Below are positions 25,457-32,520 of a stretch of 64,000 bases of DNA, piece by piece; position 1 is the stretch's first letter; each line of letters begins with the position of its first letter. Source of the stretch: an uncultured Actinomycetes bacterium (lineage in GTDB: Bacteria > Actinomycetota > Actinomycetes > Streptosporangiales > Streptosporangiaceae); assembly GCA_963834515.1 (NCBI GenBank), contig CAWICB010000001.1:283290-347289 (forward strand), in the 5' to 3' direction. The notes below the pieces were generated by a model. It was given only the letters and a program-made list of their open reading frames with translations, did no database searches and was not told the DNA's origin. The position numbers and the translations under genes were made by a program.

Positions 25457-27508
25457 GTGAGCGCACTGAATTTGGGCATCCTGGCCCACGTTGACGCAGG
25501 TAAGACCAGCCTGACTGAACGGCTGCTGTTCGCGGCCGGGGTCATCGGCGAGATCGGCCGCGTCGACCACGGCAGCACCCAGACCGACACGCTGGCCCTG
25601 GAACGGCAGCGCGGTATCACGATCAAGTCCGCGGTGGTGTCGTTTGGCGCCAGGGACCTCACGGTCAACCTGATCGACACTCCCGGCCACCCGGACTTCA
25701 TGGCCGAGGTCGAGCGGGTGCTCAGCGTGCTCGACGGGGCGGTGCTGGTGATCTCCGCGGTCGAGGGCGTGCAGGCCCAGACCCGGGTGCTGATGCGCAC
25801 CCTGCAGCGGCTGGGCATCCCGGCGCTGCTGTTCGTGAACAAGATCGACCGGGCCGGCGCGGACAGCCAGCGCGTGCTGCGGGAGATCCGGGCCCGGCTG
25901 ACCCCGGCCGCCGTCCCGATGGCCGCGGTGTACGCCGAGGGCACCCCGGCTGCCCGGATCACCCGGTACGGTGCGGCGGACACCCGCTTCACCGCCGGGC
26001 TGGCCGAGATGCTGGCCGACCACGACGACGACCTGCTGGCCGCGCTGGTCGAGGACCAGGGCCCGCTGCCCTACCCGCAGCTGCGCGCGGCGCTGGCCGC
26101 CCAGGCCAGGCAGGGGCTCGTGCACCCGGTGTTCTTCGGGTCAGCCATCACCGGGGCCGGCGTCGCGGCCCTGACCGACGGCGTCCGGGACCTGCTGCCC
26201 CGCGCCGGGGGGGCCGCCGGCGGCCCGGCGGCCGGCGCCGTGTTCAAGATCGAGCGTGGCCCGGCCGGGGAGAAGATCGCGTACGTCCGGATGTTCTCCG
26301 GGACGGTGCGGGCCCGGGAACGGCTCCGGTTCGGCCCGGTGGGCCAGGGCAAGGTCACCGCGATCAGCGTGTTCGACCGCGGGCCCGCCGGGCCCGCGGA
26401 CCAGCTGGCCGCCGGGCAGATCGGCCAGCTGCGCGGCCTGGACGGCGTGCAGGTCGGCGACGCGCTGGGCGGTGCGGATGGGCCGGTCCCGGCCGCGGCC
26501 GGTGCGGGCCACTGCTTCGCACCGCCGACGCTGGAAACCGTGGTCGTGCCGCGCCGGGCGGCGGACAAGGGCGCGCTGCGCGCCGCGCTCGGCCTGCTGG
26601 CCGAGCAGGACCCGCTGATCAACGTGCGGCAGGACAACATCCGCCAGGAGATCCTCGTCTCGCTGTACGGCGAGGTGCAGAAAGAGGTCATCCAGGCCAC
26701 GCTGGCGGCTGACTTCGGCGTCGAGGCCGGGTTCCGCGAGTCCGCCACGCTGTGCATCGAGCGGCCGTCCGGCACCGGCGCGGCCGCCGAGTTCATGAGC
26801 GATGCCGCCAACCCGTTCCGCGCCACGGCCGGGCTGCGTATCGATCCGGCGCCGCCCGGGTCGGGAGTGCGGTTCCAGCTGGGCATCGAGCCCGGTGCGC
26901 TGCCGGCCGCGTTCCGCAACGCGGTCGAGGAGACCGTGCGGGACACGCTGCGCGAGGGGCTGTCCGGCTGGCTGGTCACCGACGCCGTGGTCACCCTGAC
27001 CCGATCCGGCTACACGCCGCCGCCCCCGTACGGCTGGAGCAAGTGGTCCACGTCGGCCGCGGACTTCCGGCACCTGACCCCGCTGGTCCTGATGGCCGCG
27101 CTGCGCCAGGCCGGCACCCAGGTGTACGAGCCCGTTCACCGGTTCAGCCTGGACATCCCGGCCGACACCCCGGGGCAGGTGCTGCCCCTGCTGGCCCGGC
27201 TGCACGCGGCGCCCGGGACACCCCAGCCGCACGGTTCCTCGTGCCTGATCGAGGGGGACATCCCGGCCGCCCGGGTGCACCAGCTGGCCCAGCAGCTGCC
27301 TGCGCTGACCCGCGGCGAGGGCGTGCTGGACTGCACGTTCAGCCACTACCAGCCGGTGCGCGGCCGGGTTCCGGCCCGGCCGCGGTCCGGCCCCAGCCCG
27401 CTGAACCGGGAGGAGTACCTGCTGTGCGTCACGCGGCGGACCGGCGGTCAGCGCCCGGCCGGCGGTCGGCGCCCGCCCGGCGGTCAGCCCACGGCCGGCC
27501 GTGGGTGA
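25457..27508 (+). CDS. ribosomal-protection-type translational GTPase (Tet(M)/Tet(O)/OtrA-like, EF-G family)
   Basis: MSALNLGILAHVDAGKTSLTERLL (G1), DTLALERQRGITIK (G2), LIDTPGHPDF (G3) and NKIDR (G4). Domains II-V run to about 640 aa, followed by a short Gly/Arg/Pro repeat tail. Confidence 0.85.
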   Translation: MSALNLGILAHVDAGKTSLTERLLFAAGVIGEIGRVDHGSTQTDTLALERQRGITIKSAVVSFGARDLTVNLIDTPGHPDFMAEVERVLSVLDGAVLVISAVEGVQAQTRVLMRTLQRLGIPALLFVNKIDRAGADSQRVLREIRARLTPAAVPMAAVYAEGTPAARITRYGAADTRFTAGLAEMLADHDDDLLAALVEDQGPLPYPQLRAALAAQARQGLVHPVFFGSAITGAGVAALTDGVRDLLPRAGGAAGGPAAGAVFKIERGPAGEKIAYVRMFSGTVRARERLRFGPVGQGKVTAISVFDRGPAGPADQLAAGQIGQLRGLDGVQVGDALGGADGPVPAAAGAGHCFAPPTLETVVVPRRAADKGALRAALGLLAEQDPLINVRQDNIRQEILVSLYGEVQKEVIQATLAADFGVEAGFRESATLCIERPSGTGAAAEFMSDAANPFRATAGLRIDPAPPGSGVRFQLGIEPGALPAAFRNAVEETVRDTLREGLSGWLVTDAVVTLTRSGYTPPPPYGWSKWSTSAADFRHLTPLVLMAALRQAGTQVYEPVHRFSLDIPADTPGQVLPLLARLHAAPGTPQPHGSSCLIEGDIPAARVHQLAQQLPALTRGEGVLDCTFSHYQPVRGRVPARPRSGPSPLNREEYLLCVTRRTGGQRPAGGRRPPGGQPTAGRG

Positions 27509-27520
27509 TATAACCGCGGC

Positions 27521-28186
27521 ATGCTGGAGGTCAAGCGGCTGCACCTGGCCAGCCTGCGCGGGGTGGATGGCCTGGAGTGGCCGGTGCATGGCTTCGTGGT
27601 CACCCACCCCGGCGGCGCGGTGCTGGTGGACACCGGCGTGGGTGGCCCGCAGGAATGGCTGGACGACTGGCGGGTGGTCAACCGCTCGGTGGCCAGCGCG
27701 CTGGCCGGGCTGGACATGACCCCAGGTGACATCGGCCTGGTCATCAACACGCACCTGCACTTCGACCACTGCGGGCAGAACGCCGTCTTCCCGCACGCCG
27801 CCTGCTACGTGCAGCGCGCCGAGCTGGCCCGGGCCGAGCGGGAGTCGCGTGAGCTGTATGACTGGCTCGGCTTCGGCAATACCCGGTTCGAGCTGCTGGA
27901 CGGGGATACCGAGATCCTGCCCGGCCTGTCCGTGCTGGCCACCCCGGGGCACACGGTGGGGCACCAGTGCGTGCTGGTGGGTTCCCGGGCCGGCGACGGC
28001 GCGGGCGACCTGCTGATCGGGGACGCCGCCTACACGCCGCGGGTGTACACCGAACCGGCCGTGGGCGAGCTGCTGCCCGGGCAGGCCAGCGACCCGGTGA
28101 GCTGGCGGGAATCGCTCGGCCGGATCCACCGGACGGCCCCGGAACGGGTGCACTTCTGCCATCACACCAGGGTGATTCACGGCTGA
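27521..28186 (+). CDS. MBL-fold metallo-hydrolase (AHL-lactonase-like)
   Basis: HLHFDHCGQN (the HxHxDH motif), TPGHTVGH, and a C-terminal ..HFCHH. It starts 12 nt after the GTPase stop, so co-transcription is likely. Confidence 0.85.
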   Translation: MLEVKRLHLASLRGVDGLEWPVHGFVVTHPGGAVLVDTGVGGPQEWLDDWRVVNRSVASALAGLDMTPGDIGLVINTHLHFDHCGQNAVFPHAACYVQRAELARAERESRELYDWLGFGNTRFELLDGDTEILPGLSVLATPGHTVGHQCVLVGSRAGDGAGDLLIGDAAYTPRVYTEPAVGELLPGQASDPVSWRESLGRIHRTAPERVHFCHHTRVIHG

Positions 28187-28199
28187 CCGGCGCGGCCGC

Positions 28200-28301
28200 T
28201 GCTCAGGGCTGGCCGGTGCTCAGCGCTGGCCGGGGTTCAGCGCCGGCCGGTGCTCAGCGCTGGCCGGGGTTCAGCGCCGGCCGGGGCTCAGGGGCGGCCA
28301 G
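28200..28301. repeat. 17-bp tandem repeat, 6 units, including a perfect 34-bp duplication
   Basis: Units are TGCTCAGSGCTGGCCGG / GGTTCAGCGCCGGCCGG. 28217-28250 is identical to 28251-28284. The repeat lies between convergent genes. The last, degenerate unit holds the stop codon (28288-28290) of the minus-strand gene. Confidence 0.95.
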
Positions 28302-29127
28302 CGAACACGCCGGGCGGCGGGGCCGGTGACGGCTGGGCCTGCGCGTCGGTGACCGGTTTCGCGCCTGCCGTGAAGCGGTTCAGCGCGGCGCCGTGGACCA
28401 GCCGGCCGGGGAACGGGTCGCCGGCCGCCCGCCGGGTCAGGCCGGCCACCGGGAGCTCATGGCGGGCCGCCGCGAGTACCAGGTTGCCGAACCGGCGGCC
28501 ACGCAGCACGGCCGGATCGGCGATCAGGCACACCTCGGGGAACACCGAGCGGAGCGTCGCCACCTGGGCCCGCGCGTAGGCCAGCGGCGGGCCGTCGCCG
28601 ACATTGGCCACGTAGCAGCCGGCCGGGCCGAGCGCACGGGACGCCGCGGCGGCGAACTCCGCCGTGGTCAGGTGGGCCGGGGTCCGGGCGCCGGTGAACA
28701 GGTCCGCCACCACGAGGTCGAACGACCCGGCCGGCACCTGGTCCAGGACGGCGCGCGCATCGGCCACCCGGATGCGCACCCGGCCCGCACTGCCCCGCCC
28801 GGCGCCCGCCCGGCGGGGCGGCTGGTCCAGCGGCAGCCACTGGCGCACCAAGGCCACCAGTGCGCCATCGGACTCGGCCGCCAGCTGGCTGGACCCGGGC
28901 CGGCTAGCCGCCACGTAGCGGGCCAGGGTGAGCGCGCCCGCGCCCAGATGCAGCACGCGCAGCGGCTGGCCGGGCGGTGCGGCCAGGTCGGCCACGTGGC
29001 CGATCCGCCGCATGTACTCGAAGTCCAGGTACTCGGGATGGCCGAGGTCCACGTGTGACTGCGGGACATCGTCCACCAGCAGCACCCACGCGCGGGGCCG
29101 GTCCGCATCGAGCAGCAGTTCGGCCAT
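28288..29127 (-). CDS. spermidine-synthase-like (polyamine aminopropyltransferase fold) protein
   Basis: ATG 29127 (MAELLLDADRPRAWVLLVDDVPQSHVDL). Motifs: LHLGAGALTLARYV, FDLVVADLFTGARTPAHLTT, VLRGRRFGNLVLAA. The ORF-track extension to 29868 is a shadow over the LuxR gene. Confidence 0.75.
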   Translation of the reverse strand: MAELLLDADRPRAWVLLVDDVPQSHVDLGHPEYLDFEYMRRIGHVADLAAPPGQPLRVLHLGAGALTLARYVAASRPGSSQLAAESDGALVALVRQWLPLDQPPRRAGAGRGSAGRVRIRVADARAVLDQVPAGSFDLVVADLFTGARTPAHLTTAEFAAAASRALGPAGCYVANVGDGPPLAYARAQVATLRSVFPEVCLIADPAVLRGRRFGNLVLAAARHELPVAGLTRRAAGDPFPGRLVHGAALNRFTAGAKPVTDAQAQPSPAPPPGVFAGRP

Positions 29128-29219
29128 CCCCGAGTCGAACCCGCTGCCGCAGCGGCGGCCGATGACGGTCGTCCGGCCGGTGCGGCATACCCACCAGTAT
29201 GGCCCAGAATGGCGGAGTA

Positions 29220-29990
29220 TCAGCCGGCCCAGTCCCGGGTGCCGGCCATGGACAGGGCCCTGACGTGGGCGATCGCTTCGGTGCGGGAGCTGACGCCGAG
29301 CGCGCGGTAAATGTGCTGCAGGTGAGTGTGCACGGTGCGCACGCTCAGCCCGAGCGCGCGCGCCACGGCCCGGTCGGAGTTCCCCGCCCCGACCAGCTGC
29401 AGGATGCGGGTCTGCCGTGCGGTCAGCAGCAGCCGGCCCGTGGCGTCGCGAGGGGTATCGGGCACCGGCCGGCTGAGCAGCATGGCCAGGGCGGCGGCCT
29501 GGCTGAGGTGCGGGCGGACCAGGTCGATCACCTCGCGCTGCTGGTCGGAGAAATCCCGGCCGTACCGGTTCAGCGCCACGCTGATCATGCCGCCGTCCGG
29601 GGCCGGGATGCTCACCACCAGCTGACAGTTCACCTGGGCCGGCCGGTAGAACTCGTGGTACAGGCCGAGCGCGCGGAACTGGCGGTCGCTGGCCACGTCG
29701 GAGATCCGCCGGGCGGAGAGGTCGCCGGTCATCTCGTAGTGACGCAGCAGCGGGTGCTCGTGCACATACTCCTGGAACAGCCGCCCGGCATCCGGGAAAT
29801 CCAGCGCGCCGGCCGGGTCGATCTGCCAGGCCACCGCGACCGGGCCGGACAGGTGGTTGTACGAGCACGATTCGGCGGGAACCAGGCTGGACACGAGACT
29901 GATCACGCGGCTGGCGAAGTCGCCGCCCGGCAGGTACAGCTCGGCTAGCCCGTTGCTGAGCTGATGCAGCAACCGGCTTTCCTGGGTCAT
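29220..29990 (-). CDS. LuxR family transcriptional regulator with a GAF-like N-terminal sensor region
   Basis: The C-terminal HTH is LTARQTRILQLVGAGNSDRAVARALGLSVRTVHTHLQHIYRALGV. The ~170-aa N-terminal domain is ..SCSYNHL...FQEYVHEHPLLRHY... Confidence 0.8.
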   Translation of the reverse strand: MTQESRLLHQLSNGLAELYLPGGDFASRVISLVSSLVPAESCSYNHLSGPVAVAWQIDPAGALDFPDAGRLFQEYVHEHPLLRHYEMTGDLSARRISDVASDRQFRALGLYHEFYRPAQVNCQLVVSIPAPDGGMISVALNRYGRDFSDQQREVIDLVRPHLSQAAALAMLLSRPVPDTPRDATGRLLLTARQTRILQLVGAGNSDRAVARALGLSVRTVHTHLQHIYRALGVSSRTEAIAHVRALSMAGTRDWAG

Positions 29991-30544
29991 GATCCGGCCC
30001 CGGTCACCGCATCAGGGTAAGCAAAAATGCCGATAGCGCAACAGTCGATGGCAGGCGCAGAGTAACTGGTACCTGCTGGCAGCCCCGGACACACGCGGTG
30101 GGGGGTCCCGGAGCTGCCAGCAGGTTGCGTCGCTGGCAGCGCCGCACCCGGGACGGTTGCGCGGCCCGCGCCGGCGTGGGGGGGACACGCACGGCGGCAC
30201 GGCGCGGGCCGCGTCCACCTGGCGGCACCATCCTGCGGACAGGCGCACCGGGCAGGAACCCACGGAAGGCCCGGCGCCGAGCCGGTGTGGGCTGCCGCCG
30301 TGCCGCATTTCGCGCCCGGGGGGTCGGGACGCGAGCCGCGCAGGCGCATGGCCCCCGCTGGGTTCTTCAACCGCAGCCCAAACGTAGACCCTGACTGACC
30401 AGACAGTCCAGGCATTCTGAGCGGATAGTGTCAGGTGGGCCCCATGTCGCGCGCACTGCCCATCGGCGGGGCACCTGGTGGGCGGGGAGGCGCCCGGCCG
30501 GGCCGCGACTCCCATCGCGATACCACGGCCGGTGGCCATGCCAT

Positions 30545-31525
30545 TCAGGGTGCGCCTGACCAGTGCAGCGTGAACTGCTTCAGCGTGTAGCCGAACGCAT
30601 TGACCGTCGGCTGGACGAAGCTGTCCCGGATGGTCTGGGTGGCCTCGGTCTCGGCGCTGCGCAGCAGCGGCCGGGTCACCTGCGGCGCGTGGGTTGATTT
30701 GTAGTACGCGATCTGCTGGGCCTGCGCGTACAGCACGGCCGGGGAGAACTGCGGCCGGAGCAGTACACCGCAGCCGAAGCCGGGATAGGTCCAGCTGTGC
30801 TGGGTGGCCAGCGGCTTGGACGGGATGTTGTCGATCGTGACGTCATGCGCGGACCGGGGCAGCTGCGGGGCGGGCAGCACCATCGTGACCGTCACCTGCC
30901 CCGGCTGCCCGCCCCGCGGCCTGCTCAGCACCTGCAACCGGTAATGGCCCGCGGCTGGGGTCCACCAGGCCGGCCCGGGGTTGAGGTTGACGGTGGCAGC
31001 GGCGTGGCCCACGGCATAGAACGTGCTGGCGTACCAGCACGGCCAGATGCCGATGCTCTTGGACACCTTGTGCGTGAACACGAACGTGAAGTTGGCCTGG
31101 CCCAGGGCGGGCCGGGAGATGCCCTCGATCTTCTGCAGCACCCACGGGCCGAGGTCGGTGTTGGTCGTGGTGCCGGCCGTGATGGCCTGCCACGGCCAGC
31201 CGAACTTCACGCTGGGCAGGTGCACGTTCAGGCCCACGAAGTGCAGGGACGCGGCCAGTGCGGTTAGCACCAGGGACGCGATGGCCCGGCGGAAGATGAA
31301 CGCCGTCGCCGCCAGGATCACCGCCCACTTGACCGAGCGGCGCATCCCCAGCCGCCGCGGCCGCGGCGGCCCGGGCGGGCCGGGCCGGCTGGGCCGGCTG
31401 GGCCAGTGACCGGCGACCGGCGGCGGGACGGTGGCCGGATCCGCCTCCTGGTACCGGGCCTGGCCCGGGCGGGCGGGCCGGAGCCCGGGCGGTGGCCCGG
31501 CCGGGAAGAGCAGCGAGCGGAACAT
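30545..31525 (-). CDS. TM-anchored envelope protein (possibly DUF4230-like), last gene of the cell-wall operon
   Basis: ATG 31525 follows AGGAAAAGGTGA. It has a Pro-rich N-terminus, a TM helix (WAVILAATAFIFRRAIASLVLTALAA), and then beta-rich ..ANFTFVFTHKV...VTVTMVLPAPQL..HDVTIDN... The family assignment is tentative. Confidence 0.6.
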   Translation of the reverse strand: MFRSLLFPAGPPPGLRPARPGQARYQEADPATVPPPVAGHWPSRPSRPGPPGPPRPRRLGMRRSVKWAVILAATAFIFRRAIASLVLTALAASLHFVGLNVHLPSVKFGWPWQAITAGTTTNTDLGPWVLQKIEGISRPALGQANFTFVFTHKVSKSIGIWPCWYASTFYAVGHAAATVNLNPGPAWWTPAAGHYRLQVLSRPRGGQPGQVTVTMVLPAPQLPRSAHDVTIDNIPSKPLATQHSWTYPGFGCGVLLRPQFSPAVLYAQAQQIAYYKSTHAPQVTRPLLRSAETEATQTIRDSFVQPTVNAFGYTLKQFTLHWSGAP

Positions 31526-31569
31526 GCGAGTCACCTTTTCCTGGGCTGGCTGCGGGCAGGGGGCATGGC

Positions 31570-32520
31570 CTAGACCACGGCCGGGTAACCGAGGCCGAGC
31601 ACGATCGGCACGGCCCCGAACGGGCGCCGGAACCGGGCGCCGGGCTTGTCGGGCGCGTCCGGCTCGGCGATCCTCGGCCACCGCATGTGCAGGTGGGCCG
31701 TGGTCAGGCCCGCCACCGAGTAGGGGAACTCCAGGGCCGACGTCCGGTGCACCACCAGCAGCCGGCCCCAGCGGAACGCGGCGAACACGTTGGCCAGATC
31801 AGTCACCGTCAGCGGCCGCCGCTCGGTCAGGTCGACCCGGTATACCCACCAGGCCATGTCACGCAGGTCGTCGGCGCACTGCTCGAGGGCCGCCGAGCGG
31901 GTGGCGTAGCTGGTCCCGTCCAGGTTGACCGTGCCCAGCTTCTCGCCGTGCACCGGCGAGTAGCCGGAGCGGGCCTCGCACTGCATCCAGTCCGCCGCGG
32001 CCAGCACCTTCCACGGGATGTCGGCGTGCGTGGCCACGTCGCGGTACAGCGGTTCGTCCCGGCGCAGCGGCATCTTGGCCGAGGTCAGGAACGCGGTGTG
32101 CACCGACCCCGGGATCTCCGGCCGGTACCGGCGCAGTGTGGACCAGGCCCGGCGGCTGCTCGCGGCCGGCCCGGGCTGGCGGTCACGCGGCGGCAGTTCT
32201 GCCGCGGTGAGAACCGCGTGCTGCGGCGCTGGGGTGGTGGCGCGGGCGTGCGGGCCGGGCCCGCGGCCGGCGCGGACTGACGCGCCCGGCGCGGGCTGGG
32301 CTGGCCGCGACGTCGTGCCCGGTGTGCGGGTGCCGGGCCGGGTGGGCGGCAGCTCTGCCGCGGTGAGCACCGCGTGCTGCGGCGCTGGGGTGGTGGCGCG
32401 GCCGTGCGGGCCGGGCCGCCGGTCGGCGCGGACCGACGCGCTCGGCGTGGGCTGGGCCGGCCGCGGCGGCGCAGCTGGTGTGCTCGTGCCGGGCCGGGTG
32501 GGTGGCGGAGTGGCCGCCAC
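31570..32520 (-). CDS. repeat-bearing segment plus a ~165-aa C-terminal domain of unknown family (possibly the true C-terminus of the upstream hydrolase)
   Basis: GTG 32520 opens the frame. Two 52-aa repeats end in RATTPAPQHAVLTAAELP, followed by the domain ..DIPWKVLAAADWMQCEARSGYSP..LEQCADDLRDMAWWVYRV... It overlaps the 3' end of ORF 32085-34658 by 436 nt in another frame. An alternative start is ATG 32073. Confidence 0.5.
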   Translation of the reverse strand: MAATPPPTRPGTSTPAAPPRPAQPTPSASVRADRRPGPHGRATTPAPQHAVLTAAELPPTRPGTRTPGTTSRPAQPAPGASVRAGRGPGPHARATTPAPQHAVLTAAELPPRDRQPGPAASSRRAWSTLRRYRPEIPGSVHTAFLTSAKMPLRRDEPLYRDVATHADIPWKVLAAADWMQCEARSGYSPVHGEKLGTVNLDGTSYATRSAALEQCADDLRDMAWWVYRVDLTERRPLTVTDLANVFAAFRWGRLLVVHRTSALEFPYSVAGLTTAHLHMRWPRIAEPDAPDKPGARFRRPFGAVPIVLGLGYPAVV

